Notes: generated by a model not told the origin, from the letters alone. Shown: positions 12,385-25,764, numbered from the whole stretch's first letter. The stretch: DNA of 63,639 bases, filler included, from Octopus bimaculoides (GCF_001194135.2; 5 parts of 4 records of this genome joined end to end with filler, not necessarily neighbours in it), one strand, 5' to 3'. Translations and numbers: made by a program.

Positions 12385-12507
12385 ATGTTATATATATTTG
12401 TAAGTCCTGGTGTTTTTGTTATGTATTTGTCTGAATATTTTTTTATTATACCTAAGGCACCTACTATGATAGGAATTGTTTCTGTTTTTAGATTCCACAT
12501 TCGAGTT
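12385..12507 (-). mobile_element. R4/Dong-type LINE 3' fragment inserted in (AAT)n
   Basis: TRMWNLKTETIPIIVGALGIIKKYSDKYITKTPGLTNIYN; same family as 5610-5908. Confidence 0.9.
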
Positions 12508-12508
12508 A

Positions 12509-12562
<54 letters not shown>

Positions 12563-12567
<5 letters not shown>

Positions 12568-12600
12568 CTACTGCCTGGAATCGAACACGGAATTTTCGGG
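12563..12600 (-). mobile_element. Truncated tRNA-like head of the composite element (copy A)
   Basis: Minus strand ATTCCGTGTTCGATTCCAGGCAGTAGCCTGA matches 59516-59550; B-box GTTCGATTCC. Confidence 0.7.
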
Positions 12601-12617
12601 TTTTAAATATAGAACTG

Positions 12618-12785
12618 TATATATATATACACGACAGGCTTCCTTCAATTTTCTTCTTCCAAATCCACTCACAAGGCTTTGGTCGGTCCGAGGCTATAGT
12701 AGAAAGTACTTGCCCAAGGTGCCACACAGTGGGACTGAACCCGGAACCATGTTGGTAAGCAAGCTACTTACCACACAACTACACC
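12618..12785 (-). mobile_element. tRNA-derived SINE head with CORE-like domain
   Basis: Minus strand TGTGTGGTAAGTAGCTTGC...GGTTCAGTCCCACTGTGTGGCACCTTGGGCAAGTAC...GACCAAAGCCTTGTGAGTGGATTTGG; related copies at 21792, 28515, 47456, 49685, 53410. Confidence 0.8.
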
Positions 12786-14479
12786 AACAAGCATAATTAC
12801 AAATAACAACACGGCTCTCTCAAGCTACATTTGGCAATTGAAAGGAGACAACACATATAATAATTGATGAAATTTTCTACAGGTAAACTCTTAAAATTGT
12901 GGTCTGCAGAAGGGGTTTATGTAAAGGCGAAAGACTATTCTGTTCTAAAAGAAAAAAAGAAACTGAAAATTATCTAAATAGAAGGTTTGGATTTTTTTAA
13001 CATTTCCTGACTTTCATGTATTTCTGTTAAATTCTAGAAGTTTATATCATCAACTTCAATGTTATACAAACCTTTGCATTCTATTTACGTGAACATAGTT
13101 CTTTTCTTAAACTCAGCATTAAACACACATTTATTAACTGAATCTGATTCTAATTTCGTTGACCTGAGCCATTACAATAATTTTAGCAAACATTTCAGGT
13201 GTTGTTCCTTTGAAATGTTCGTGAGTATTCTGAATTACAAAGTTTTAGCCCATATCTTATTCCACATTGATGAGCCTTTTCTTATTATATAAATTCTTTT
13301 ACATTATTTGTGTGCGTGTATTTGTGAGAGAGCGAAGGAGAGTGCGTATGTGTTTGCATATTTGTGCACATGTGTGTACGTGTGTGTACGTTTCTGCCTG
13401 TGCATGTACTCGACTGAATGTCAGTATTGCTACGTGAATGACTTCCTGAGAAAAGGTTTGAAACTCAACTGGCTAGGTTTGTTGTCTCATTTTTATCAGT
13501 TATTATCTGTTATAACCAGTAATTTGTAATATATTTTGTCTTGTGTTTAATCCTACTTGAGAAATATTTTCGTGAACCGAATCTCCTATTCACCCATATT
13601 ATCTAAATTGTCTGACTCTAACACGTTTTCCCCGTCGGTTTATTGGATACGCAAGTGTGTGTGTTGTATAATGCTTCTGTTTTACAGATGTTCATTGATG
13701 ATTTTAGTTTTGTGTCTACATGTGTGAAAATAACTGAAATAGCCAAATGATGGCTCTTTCTGACATAAAAGACACTTCGCAGTCACAAAATCTGTCAAAA
13801 TTCGTACGTTCTTGTGTACCCTCACCGAAAAAAAAGTCCAAAAGCTACTGTCATTTCATGCTGCGAGCAGAATTATATAACTATCGATGTAAACATTGCC
13901 GAGAGTCAAACTATAGGTGTGTGTTTGTTAAATATGATAATCAATATTTAAGCAAACATTTCAAACTATTAAATTTGTATTCGTTTTACTCTTTTTACAT
14001 TTCAAATATAGTTGTATATTTTAGTTATTCTGTCATCAAAGCCTCCGGGACTCTACTTTTTACTGTTGTGGTATATCTTTTTCATATCTTTTGAATTTTC
14101 ATTTCTTTATTCCAAAATTCTACTTTGTATTTTCCATTTATATCTTTATACTTGTCTTTAATCTACCACCCCCATCCTTCGCAATTTTTCAAGAAAAATG
14201 ATTTTTATAATATAGCTTACGGATAAACAAACAATCCGTATGTATCAATTTATCTAAATATCTACTTCTCTGAATATATATGCATTCATCTATCTCTCTA
14301 ACTACATATATGCGTTAAGGATGCATATCAGTTAAACACAACCTCATTTAGTATGAATGTGTGTATGTGTGTGTGTGTGTGTGTATGTGTGTGTGTGTGT
14401 GTGTGCGTGCGTTTGGGTGCGTGTGTGTATGCGTGTGTGGGTGTGTGTGCTTGCAAAGTTTGCCAGGAGTCAGGATATA

Positions 14480-14770
14480 TTCCACTGAAGGTGATTACAA
14501 AATATCGTCACAGATACCTGGAGATATAAAATCACAGATGAAAAATTATTCTGCGATATAAAACTCATATACTACAAAATACGGTGGCTCTGCGTTGATT
14601 GAGCCAAGCGGAAAGTCTCTTGCTTCTGCAAGCCACTCGACATGCAAAGACAACAATGACGTAGATATTAGAAAGAAAACGCAAAACGACTGGGGGAAAG
14701 CATTGCAGGTACGTTGGATAAGGATTGTAGAAAATGAGGCAGATCAACTTCACTGGCGGAAGCTTGACTC
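14480..14770 (+). mobile_element. Decayed RTE-type LINE C-terminal fragment
   Basis: TWRYKITDEKLF...KIRWLC and ...ENEADQLHWRKL resemble WRDKITNEEV, LRWLGH and A.DR..WR of RTE ORF ends. Confidence 0.45.
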
Positions 14771-14889
14771 ATTTGGGATTTATGTATCTGTGTGTGTATA
14801 TATATATGGGTGTGAGTACGTGTGTGTTTTTGTGTGTAAGTGTGTATGTTTCTGTATGTGTGTGTGTGTGTATGAAAGCGTGCGACTAA

Positions 14890-15150
14890 GTTGTTAAGGT
14901 ATGCTGCTTACGATCGTAAGTTCGCTTACTGGTGGCGCGTTGTATCCTTGAGCAAGACATTATTTCATGTTGCTCCAGTTCACTCGGCTGACCTAAATGA
15001 GATGTACTTGTGACGCAGTTAACTCCTTGGGGAGTATGTTAAGTGTACGCTTGTATGTTGAGTGTTCAGCCACTTGCACATAAATTTCATGAAGAGACTG
15101 CTCCGTTAATCGGATCAACTGAAAATGTTGTCGTAAACTAGGGAGTGCCA
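14890..15150 (+). mobile_element. tRNA-derived CORE-like SINE (second family)
   Basis: CCTTGAGCAAGACATTATTTCATGTTGCTCCAGTTCACTCGGCTG central domain shared with 19330-19470 and 50352-50700. Confidence 0.75.
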
Positions 15151-15154
15151 TTTT

Positions 15155-15161
15155 CTATCTA

Positions 15162-15217
<56 letters not shown>

Positions 15218-15218
15218 C

Positions 15219-15269
<51 letters not shown>

Positions 15270-15295
15270 AATCAATCTTTCTATCTATCTATCTG
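15155..15295. repeat. (CTAT)n microsatellite
   Basis: Direct reading. Confidence 0.95.
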
Positions 15296-16790
15296 TATTA
15301 TTAATAGTTTAAAAATCGTATGGTAAATACGGATGTATAAACGCCCGCATATTCATGTCTACTAACCGTTATATGTAATAATCTTATATATATGAAGACC
15401 ATGAAGAAATCTTGTGAAACAGAGTTTATACATCTTGAAATCACCTGAGGAGACACATCTACACCGACAGATACAACTAAAACAGATACTCAATATCGCA
15501 CCCGCAGGGGAATTAATGTTTGATGGGTCGAAAGAACTGTAGTGATCAACAAAAATATTCGTATCTTCCATCTTCTGTCTCTCTTATGTCCGCCACTACA
15601 TTCCTCCATGGCAAGATTTAATTTGTGTATACACATTTAATTTGCGGTCCATAGGAAGAGCCGTTTTAACGATGCGTCCTGCCCAGCTCTTCGAAACGCC
15701 GGTGTTAAAACGGGGGTAGCTGATGAAGTAGAATGTTCTCTATGTGGCTTGTGTGTTTTCTCGTCTACGTTTTGTTTGTAATGTCCTGTACCCAGATATG
15801 CACCTATAGATACAGGTGGATGTCGGTACGCACATACCTGTACGTATATATGCATATACTCATTTACTATTTGTTTTTACATGACTGAACGCAGCGTCTC
15901 CAATTCGTAAGTAGTTTTTCGTAAACTTATATTTTCCGNNNNNNNNNNNNNNNNNNNNNNNNNNNNNNNNNNNNNNNNNNNNNNNNNNNNNNNNNNNNNN
16001 NNNNNNNNNNNNNNNNNNNNNNNNNNNNNNNNNNNNNNNNNNNNNNNNNNNNNNNNNNNNNNNNNNNNNNNNNNNNNNNNNNNNNNNNNNNNNNNNNNNN
16101 NNNNNNNNNNNNNNNNNNNNNNNNNNNNNNNNNNNNNNNNNNNNNNNNNNNNNNNNNNNNNNNNNNNNNNNNNNNNNNNNNNNNNNNNNNNNNNNNNNNN
16201 NNNNNNNNNNNNNNNNNNNNNNNNNNNNNNNNNNNNNNNNNNNNNNNNNNNNNNNNNNNNNNNNNNNNNNNNNNNNNNNNNNNNNNNNNNNNNNNNNNNN
16301 NNNNNNNNNNNNNNNNNNNNNNNNNNNNNNNNNNNNNNNNNNNNNNNNNNNNNNNNNNNNNNNNNNNNNNNNNNNNNNNNNNNNNNNNNNNNNNNNNNNN
16401 NNNNNNNNNNNNNNNNNNNNNNNNNNNNNNNNNNNNNNNNNNNNNNNNNNNNNNNNNNNNNNNNNNNNNNNNNNNNNNNNNNNNNNNNNNNNNNNNNNNN
16501 NNNNNNNNNNNNNNNNNNNNNNNNNNNNNNNNNNNNNNNNNNNNNNNNNNNNNNNNNNNNNNNNNNNNNNNNNNNNNNNNNNNNNNNNNNNNNNNNNNNN
16601 NNNNNNNNNNNNNNNNNNNNNNNNNNNNNNNNNNNNNNNNNNNNNNNNNNNNNNNNNNNNNNNNNNNNNNNNNNNNNNNNNNNNNNNNNNNNNNNNNNNN
16701 NNNNNNNNNNNNNNNNNNNNNNNNNNNNNNNNNNNNNNNNNNNNNNNNNNNNNNNNNNNNNNNNNNNNNNNNNNNNNNNNNNNNTATATA

Positions 16791-16930
16791 CAGTAATCTC
16801 TTGCCATATCGCGGTTCACCTATCACGGTTTATTATTTAAGCCTACGTCGATTCTTCTGTGTTGTTTTGCATATCTATAACAAAATTAATATATACGATT
16901 TATAAAAAATAATTTTTTTAAATACAGTAC
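16791..16930. mobile_element. Tigger/pogo-like transposon end
   Basis: TA followed by CAGTAATCTCTTGCCATATCGCGGTTCACCTATCACGG, a Tigger-type terminus; partner end not found. Confidence 0.5.
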
Positions 16931-18015
16931 AGTACTCTTTCTACTTCACTGATTTTCACCTTTCAGGGGAGGTTTTAGAACCTCACACATGCATATATGT
17001 ATGTATGTATGTACGTATGTATGTATGTATGTATTTATGTATGTATGTGTGTGTGTATGTATTATGCATGTATATACGTCCATGTATACAAAGACATACA
17101 TACACAAATATAAGCTATACGAAAGCACAAACGTATGTTTAAGTCCAAATCTCACTCCACACATTACAATAACGTGGTTTATTACCAGATACCAAGTCTA
17201 TTTGATTGCATATTCGATAACATAACATAAATTCTTATTATACGCAAATACTCATTTTCAAAGTATTCTACCGAATGTTTTTAACAAAATACAATGAATC
17301 TATGGGGGAATGTATAATTGGTAATTTACAGAATGGAACAAAAATTTTCAAAGTGAAATGTAGTTATTAAACTTGGCGACCGATCAAACACCAAAGCAAC
17401 TGAAGTAATGTATGAGTATCTTGGAGGAGAGTGGTCAATTCATTTGTTGGAATTTATGGTTAAGTGATATTTTGATAAACAGTTAATGTCTAATAATAAA
17501 CAATACAGCTATCTTCAAAGCAAGTAAAACGATCATCCAAAGTGTCTGGGATTTCGAACGTAACATCAGGAGACTGAAAGTATGTGTTCTTAATATTATT
17601 GCTAAAACAAATATATGTTAGATAGAGCTGCTGGTGTAGCACTGTCGCTGTTGCTGTAGATCCTAAGTTCTGACGATTCTCTTTTGATTGAAACTGTCCT
17701 TTATATACAGTTACTTCTCCGTTTAAACTAGTTTGTCTCATTACTGTTTATTAATTCTAAATTGTTCTAGGTATAACCATTTACTTTATATTATATGAAT
17801 TGTAAACCTAATTTTCACCCAATTGTACAGTAGGTACACATTTGACTGTACTATTTTATTATCTAATTATTTTAATTTTATATTTCATTCTTTGGTATAT
17901 CTATATAGTTTAATCCTACGCAGTCTTTAGTCAGGGTATTTAGAATATGCGTGTGCATGTATTTAAGCATACATATGGTATTTTTAGCATACACATCTTA
18001 AAGGTACAAATCACA

Positions 18016-18888
18016 CGAGGTTGTATGACTAGTTCCCAGACTAGTTTTGTGGATCACCAATATATGACAGCACGCGGTTGCGTGCGCAGTGAGAGCTAGC
18101 AGTGATCTTTATGAGAGAGGACAGTGTGCCGACTTACATAGTTGTGTTTACTTCGCAAGTTGTGAAATATTTGTTTTTGTGATCACGTGTATGCTGTAGT
18201 CTGCGATTTTGCTATGGACAGGAGCAATGAGCCAACATGAAATTTTGCGTTAAACTTGGGAAGTGTGCTACAGGACATGCTTCGGCAAGATTACATTGAT
18301 GGGACAATGGATCGTACGCAATGATTTGAGCGGCGCGAGCGCTCCAAAAGCAGAAGAACGTCCCTGGAAGACTATGGGCAATCTGGAAGACTGCTACGAA
18401 CGTTATCTCCGAAAATGCAGTATTGTGCACCTAGAATTGTCCAGCAGTTCAGACCGTCAATCGCGAGTACCCCTGCGTTGGTCGGAGGAAATTAGGCGAA
18501 AGACAACGGATTTGTGGAGCACGAAGAATTGGATTCTTCACCGGTTTCGTCTAACTCATGAGTTTCTAGCGAGAAACAACATGGTATTGCTTCTTCACCC
18601 ATCTTATTCGCCAGATTTAGCCGTTGGAGAATCCTCTTTCCCAAGATAAAGGTGCAGCTCAAAGGTTGCTGCTTTAACACCTTTGTCGAAATCAGAGTGA
18701 ATCGCAGAAGATCTTCGAGTCACTTACAGAAAACGACTCCAGGCCGGATTCCTAAAGTGGTAGGAACGCTTGAACCGATGTAATGCTCCGCAAAGTAACT
18801 ATTTCGAAGGAGACGATGTTAAAACTCATTTAAACAAATTATTTATTATTAAACATCACTAGTCCGAGGAATTTTTGATACCACCTCG
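18016..18888 (+). mobile_element. Internally deleted mariner transposon (~870 bp) with both TIRs
   Basis: TIRs CGAGGTTGTATGACTAGTTCC and CGAGGTGGTATCAAAAATTCC (minus strand), TA at 18889; N-terminal MKFCVKLGK and RTSLED..QSGR; C-terminal IRRK..DLWSTKNWILH...HPSYSPDLA...FPKIK.QLKG...YFEGD. Confidence 0.9.
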
Positions 18889-19329
18889 TATTTCTTAAGA
18901 ATAGATACGTTTCAGTTTTTCCTGGTGCCCGAGAAAATATAACTGTACAACAATAATCCAATTGTTCTAATTACTAATCCAAGTGTTATATAAATTGAAT
19001 CATGATAACATATCCAATAAAAAGAAGTAATCTTAGAGAATGAATTTTGATAAAAAATATGTGTGAGATTTATGAATATGTTAAAACCTATTGTTGAGAT
19101 GTCGGTCCTTCGAAGGAGGAGGTATCAACAAAATGCTTATGAGTGATTTGGGAAATCTCAGGAAAAATGTGTGATGAGATTGTGTAGGTGTTCTTTGAAC
19201 TAACCTAATGGATTCCCTCTTGTGAGTGAGAACCTCTGAAAGTGTTTTATGTTTCTACTCCAATATCATATCTTATTTTAACAATAATTTGTTTATTTTG
19301 TGTTTGAGACTCTTTAAAATTATTATTCA

Positions 19330-19470
19330 TGTGAAGGCGCGTGACCTAGTGATTAGGATGTTGCACTCATGATCACTAGATAGTGAGTTCGATTACTGGA
19401 GTGGTGTGTGCGTGATGTTCTTCAGTAACACACTTCATTTCACTTTGCTCTGCGAACATTTCGACATTTG
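19330..19470 (+). mobile_element. CORE-like SINE, 5' part
   Basis: GTGAAGGCGCGTGACCTAGTGATTAGG (A box), GAGTTCGATTAC (B box), CACTTCATTTCACTTTGCTC. Confidence 0.7.
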
Positions 19471-19847
19471 GCGCGTGGTGGGCGTGTGCAGGAAATGATT
19501 TGGTTGAGGGATTCAGCACATACATTTGACCACTACAAATAAATCATTTGTGCAGATCGTTCAGCAAAAACCGAACTCACATACATCTTCTTCGGCGGGA
19601 GATTCCATCTTCAACATCAACATCATAGTTGTTGTTGCAGTTGTTGTTAAGGAGTTAGCAGTAGCGTTACCACGCCGGAGAAAATTCTTAGTTGCATTTC
19701 GTCCTGCTGCATTTATGTTCTAAGTTCAAATTCGGCCGATGTTAACTTTACCTTTCATCTTTCCAGGATCAAAAGAATAAGTACCATTTGAGTAATCAAC
19801 TTGTCTCCTCCCTTGAAACTTCTGGCCTTTTACCAAATTTTAAAACG

Positions 19848-19849
<2 letters not shown>

Positions 19850-19892
<43 letters not shown>

Positions 19893-19915
19893 GTTATTAT
19901 TATTATTATTATTAT
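19850..19915. repeat. (TTA)n microsatellite preceded by a SINE fragment at ~19715-19830
   Basis: Direct reading; AAGTTCAAATTCGGCCGATGTTAACTTTACCTTTCATCTTTCCAGGATC matches the SINE centre. Confidence 0.85.
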
Positions 19916-20639
19916 CTAAATCAAAGTCTATCGAACATTTACAATCAGGAATTAGAGCTTCCTTCCTTCAGAGCTTTCAGTAACACTTGCTCTCAACATC
20001 TCATATAACATTCAGGAACATTCTGACTGAAGTTTGTCTTGCCTTTGATTTTTGTTTTTTTTAATTTTTTTCTTTTCGCTGCTGACACATTTAAAAATAG
20101 GTCATAAGAAAATCGGAAATGATTTCTTTTACGTCAGACTGAAGTAGATTTACGGATCGATTCGTGTGTGTCACTTTGATAAATACAGTGGAAAATTCGC
20201 TCTTTACATTACTACATGACTTAATTATGGCATTTATTTCTTCAGAACAAAATTTATCCTGATTGATGACGACAGAAGCTGTTAATCCATCAGTAAATAT
20301 CCTAACTTCAAAAACATTTATATCATTCCTATTTTCCTTTTTCTTTTTCATTATTTTTAATTGTATTTAATTTTCATTTTAAGCTTCTGGAAAATTTTGT
20401 GTTCAGTTTGTTTTTTCCTGCTATTTTTACTCCTCAAGGTGTATTATATATTATTAATTTTTTTTATGCGAAAGGCTACAAAGCAAACTATAACAAAAAT
20501 GTTATATAAACCGTTCAGACAATAAATGAACCTCTAAACGGTCTTTTGGTTTGTAAGAAGCAGCAAACAAATCTCTCGTGAATCAATGCCCAAAGTCCTA
20601 ACGTCTCAAAGCGAAACGACACATTCTAGTATGTGCTTT

Positions 20640-20641
20640 AT

Positions 20642-20707
<66 letters not shown>

Positions 20708-20854
20708 ACACACATACACATACACACATATGCATGTATGTATGTATGCCCAATGCACATGTGTATGCGTGTGCAATATATGTATATATATACATGTATA
20801 TATATATATATATGTATGTGTAGATATATATATATATCTGTGCGTAAAAATATG

Positions 20855-20885
<31 letters not shown>
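20640..20885. repeat. (CA)n/(TA)n compound microsatellite next to an N gap
   Basis: Direct reading. Confidence 0.95.
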
Positions 20886-21791
20886 NNNNNNNNNNNNNNN
20901 NNNNNNNNNNNNNNNNNNNNNNNNNNNNNNNNNNNNNNNNNNNNNNNNNNNNNNNNNNNNNNNNNNNNNNNNNNNNNNNNNNNNNNNNNNNNNNNNNNNN
21001 NNNNNNNNNNNNNNNNNNNNNNNNNNNNNNNNNNNNNNNNNNNNNATATACGCGGAAAGAGAGAGAGAGAAGTGTGAACTTTTCGTGCACATATTCTTAA
21101 GGGTAAAAATCAACTAAAAATAAAATACTTTTTAGTTGATTCTTTTTTAGTTTTTTGTTTTGTTTTTTTGTTTTTTTTTGAAAAACTATTGACTCTCCAA
21201 GTACATCACGCAAAGCTATATATAATAGCAGGTAAATAATGATTGGAAAATTTTCTCTGGGATTGAAATGTAGAGCGCTATTTACATACTATTATTTATA
21301 ACGTTGTATGATTTGCCTCGAAATCCAATATTCCCCAAAATAATTATTGCTCGTTCTCTCGACAGTTTATAAATCCCAACGACAGAAGTTTTCGTTATAT
21401 ATATATATATTTCTATTTCCTTTCGCTTTTTACGCTGAAATTTGTTGAAAGAGTAAGAGATAGTGGAACTTACCGAAAAACAGATAGAGAGAGTGAGAAA
21501 CAGAGACAATGGTGAAGAGAGGATATTGATCTCAGTAGAATCAACTCAGAAAGTATGTAACGCAAAGTCGACCCCGGCGTGGTTTTAGCACAGTTAAATA
21601 GCATAAGGCATTATATCTCATTGTCTAAGAGACATGCCCAGTCGTCAAATATATGTACATGTGCGTGCGCGGGCGTGTATGTGCGTGTGCATAAATTTGT
21701 ATGTGTGCATGTGTGTGTCTGCATGACGCACACAGATGTATAGTGAGCATCCCAACTACACACATGTATGCAGGTATGTTCATATATAAGA

Positions 21792-21869
21792 GTCCGGTTC
21801 AGTCCCACCACGAGTTGACCAAAGCATTGTGAGTGGATTTGGTAGACGGAAACTCAAAGAAGACCGTCG

Positions 21870-21940
<71 letters not shown>
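21792..21940 (+). mobile_element. Internally deleted CORE-like SINE head followed by (TG)n
   Basis: GGTTCAGTCCCAC...GACCAAAGCATTGTGAGTGGATTTGGTAGACGGAAACTCAAAGAAGACCGTCGTATAT. Confidence 0.75.
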
Positions 21941-21942
<2 letters not shown>

Positions 21943-22819
21943 ATATCTATGTGTGTCTCTTGTGCCTGTATTTGCCACCCCCTACTACTTCACAACAGTC
22001 GTTGGCGTGTTTGTATAANNNNNNNNNNNNNNNNNNNNNNNNNNNNNNNNNNNNNNNNNNNNNNNNNNNNNNNNNNNNNNNNNNNNNNNNNNNNNNNNNN
22101 NNNNNNNNNNNNNNNNNNNNNNNNNNNNNNNNNNNNNNNNNNNNNNNNNNNNNNNNNNNNNNNNNNNNNNNNNNNNNNNNNNNNNNNNNNNNNNNNNNNN
22201 NNNNNNNNNNNNNNNNNNNNNNNNNNNNNNNNNNNNNNNNNNNNNNNNNNNNNNNNNNNNNNNNNNNNNNNNNNNNNNNNNNNNNNNNNNNNNNNNNNNN
22301 NNNNNNNNNNNNNNNNNNNNNNNNNNNNNNNNNNNNNNNNNNNNNNNNNNNNNNNNNNNNNNNNNNNNNNNNNNNNNNNNNNNNNNNNNNNNNNNNNNNN
22401 NNNNNNNNNNNNNNNNNNNNNNNNATATATATATATATATATATATAATCAAAAATTTAGATTCAGATTAAATAGGTCTTTAAGTAGAGGCACCAGAATT
22501 TAGTACGGTATTATCCATACAATTTCAAACTATGGTGATTAAAATGAAAACAAGCAACAAGGATATCCAGAGATAATGCAGTACGATCGTTTCAAGCAAT
22601 CATTGCATCAAATTAAATGCAGAGCAATCCTCAGCTTCATAAAGACATAGAATTAAGTTAAATTAAAACAGATGGACACATTAGTATAATTTTTCCTAAA
22701 ACCTCCTGGAAGGCAAGGGGATAGACAAAGAATATGCTGTCTTCAATTCAGCTGTATGTGTATAATATACACACGCATGTACATACCCATACATGAGAGA
22801 GAGAGAGAGTGTGTGTGTA

Positions 22820-22858
<39 letters not shown>

Positions 22859-23930
22859 GTGCGCGCGTGTGTGTGTACATGTGTGTGAATATGCATTCGT
22901 TTAAGAAATATCTGAAGGAAAGTGCAGAACTGTGTCAAAAGAAACCATGTATTTCTAATGAGATTGGTTATAGTTATGTTGAACAAATTTATACTATTTC
23001 ACTCCATATATACGTGCATGTGACAGAGAGCCGTAAATTATCTGCAATGCACTGAGAAAATCGAAACCATTTTATAGTGCCACTGATGATTTCCCCCAGA
23101 ATATATTACTATTGTAACAATAGGGGCCAAAAGATGTCGTTATGAGACTTCAAAACGATTTTGCTAATGAAGTTATACGATATTTTATGTGACCTAGCAT
23201 GAACTTAATAAAACGAAGTCTCACGTGGAATCTGCGTATTATGTGTAAATCATCCATTTCCACCTATTTGTTCAAACAATCCACGTTATAGATTTGTCTA
23301 GCGCTGAGAAATCATCAGAGAACATAGGTGATCGTCCATTTCCGTTCTTGAAGAACTTGTAGGGCAATTTTTTTTAAATGTTTCACTCTATTCGAAGACA
23401 GACAGTAGTGGCAGAATGATTTCGTGAAACTATGATAAAAGCCTTTTAATGCATTTCGTCCATTGAAACACCTCTTCTAAACGTAATCACACTGATTACT
23501 TAATTGATGTTTCAAATTCAGACCTAACATGTACTGAATAGCAGATCACATTTAGCGGTATTCATGTAATCAATTTCCTGGCCCAAAGGAAAATAACTGT
23601 GTGTACATGGTGATTCACCCTCGTATATATATGTGTGTGTGTGTATGTGTGTGTGCGTGTCTGTATATGGGTGTTTGTGTGTTGTGCGCGCAGGCGTTCA
23701 ACGTTATACTCTTTTCCTAGAAACTGAGTGATATTTCTCGAAAGTCTTCGCAGGAATATGAATTCTGCACATGCTGAAGAATGAATATTAGAATGAATAT
23801 TAGCAACAATGAATATTGTTGTCCGGGAATGGCTACCATAAAGAAGATAAATATTCGCATGTGCTCTTCATATTGTTTATTCGACAAAAATTTATAATTA
23901 ACTTTCATATGAGACGAATTTAGATATATC

Positions 23931-23973
<43 letters not shown>

Positions 23974-24073
23974 NNNNNNNNNNNNNNNNNNNNNNNNNNN
24001 NNNNNNNNNNNNNNNNNTTAATTAATTAANNNNNNNNNNNNNNNNNNNNNNNNNNNNNNNNNNNNNNNNNNNN
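23974..24073. other. Artificial scaffold spacer (44 N + TTAATTAATTAA + 44 N)
   Basis: Exactly 100 bp; the 12-mer has stops in all six frames; identical at four sites. Confidence 0.95.
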
Positions 24074-24228
24074 TGAAGAGGCGAGGGACCAACGACGGAC
24101 GTGACTCTGGTAGCTGGTTCATAAAAGAATTTTCCTTGGGGTTAGCTTGTGCCAACAGGAAAGCAACACACAATTCGACTCGATAAAACGAAAGGCTGGA
24201 AGTCCTACGGAAGTTGAAGGCCTCGATC

Positions 24229-24278
<50 letters not shown>

Positions 24279-24563
24279 CATTCTGCCTCAGATATCGATT
24301 CACTTTCTCTTCATCTTCTCTATTCGCTCAAACCTTCATCACTGTCGTTCATTCAAGCTGGAGTGTATCTCAAACTAATGACTGTGTCTCTAAAGTTTCC
24401 CCAATATTCCGGTTTCTATGTTATCGATCATTCTCTGTTTTCATTCCCTCCCCCTCTCTCCTGTGTCTTACATCATCTACACACACACACACACACACAG
24501 ACACACACATTCACATACACACAGACACACACATGGGTGTATATATATTCTTCTATTTGCATA

Positions 24564-24594
<31 letters not shown>

Positions 24595-24655
24595 GGGGGG
24601 GTATGTGTGTGTGTGTATGTGTGTGTATATTTGTGAGTGTGTATTGTATATTTAT

Positions 24656-24691
<36 letters not shown>

Positions 24692-25764
24692 GCATGTAGG
24701 TATGAATGTATGTGTATATATATATACATATATATATGTATTCCCGTATGAATGAATGTATGTGTATATATACATACATATATATATNNNNNNNNNNNNN
24801 NNNNNNNNNNNNNNNNNNNNNNNNNNNNNNNNNNNNNNNNNNNNNNNNNNNNNNNNNNNNNNNNNNNNNNNNNNNNNNNNNNNNNNNNNNNNNNNNNNNN
24901 NNNNNNNNNNNNNNNNNNNNNNNNNNNNNNNNNNNNNNNNNNNNNNNNNNNNNNNNNNNNNNNNNNNNNNNNNNNNNNNNNNNNNNNNNNNNNNNNNNNN
25001 NNNNNNNNNNNNNNNNNNNNNNNNNNNNNNNNNNNNNNNNNNNNNNNNNNNNNNNNNNNNNNNNNNNNNNNNNNNNNNNNNNNNNNNNNNNNNNNNNNNN
25101 NNNNNNNNNNNNNNNNNNNNNNNNNNNNNNNNNNNNNNNNNNNNNNNNNNNNNNNNNNNNNNNNNNNNNNNNNNNNNNNNNNNNNNNNNNNNNNNNNNNN
25201 NNNNNNNNNNNNNNNNNNNNNNNNNNNNNNNNNNNNNNNNNNNNNNNNNNNNNNNNNNNNNNNNNNNNNNNNNNNNNNNNNNNNNNNNNNNNNNNNNNNN
25301 NNNNNNNNNNNNNNNNNNNNNNNNNNNNNNNNNNNNNNNNNNNNNNNNNNNNNNNNNNNNNNNNNNNNNNNNNNNNNNNNNNNNNNNNNNNNNNNNNNNN
25401 NNNNNNNNNNNNNNNNNNNNNNNNNNNNNNNNNNNNNNNNNNNNNNNNNNNNNNNNNNNNNNNNNNNNNNNNNNNNNNNNNNNNNNNNNNNNNNNNNNNN
25501 NNNNNNNNNNNNNNNNNNNNNNNNNNNNNNNNNNNNNNNNNNNNNNNNNNNNNNNNNNNNNNNNNNNNNNNNNNNNNNNNNNNNNNNNNNNNNNNNNNNN
25601 NNNNNNNNNNNNNNNNNNNNNNNNNNNNNNNNNNNNNNNNNNNNNNNNNNNNNNNNNNNNNNNNNNNNNNNNNNNNNNNNNNNNNNNNNNNNNNNNNNNN
25701 NNNNNNNNNNNNNNNNNNNNNNNNNNNNNNNNNNNNNNNNNNNNNNNNNNNNNNNNNNNNNNNN

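Noticed and set aside
13687-14094. TTTTACAG acceptor plus 115-aa ORF
   Set aside because: All frames from the acceptor hit stops within ~20 codons, and the ORF's second half is low-complexity AT-rich sequence.
15640-15740. Hammerhead at GAAGAGC...GCTCTTC-GAAACGCC and at CTGATGAAGTAG
   Set aside because: The first lacks a recognisable CUGANGA, the second lacks stem II and GAAA; at most a PLE-end relic.
19090-19300. Minus-strand coding-like remnant (FKEHLHNLITHFS*DFPNH...)
   Set aside because: Multiple stops and no family I can name; probably an old transposon fragment.
17490-20351. Protein-like minus-strand ORFs 17490-17741 and 20091-20351 (also 8359-8541)
   Set aside because: No motif recognised, no convincing splice sites; by rough estimate several 60-90-codon ORFs are expected by chance in this much AT-rich DNA.
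22560-22640. Minus-strand GAAACGATCGTA hammerhead half
   Set aside because: Palindromic stem III is present but the core and stem I do not fit.
24018-24029. TTAATTAATTAA as a piggyBac target site or regulatory motif
   Set aside because: Always centred in exactly 44+44 N; assembly linker.
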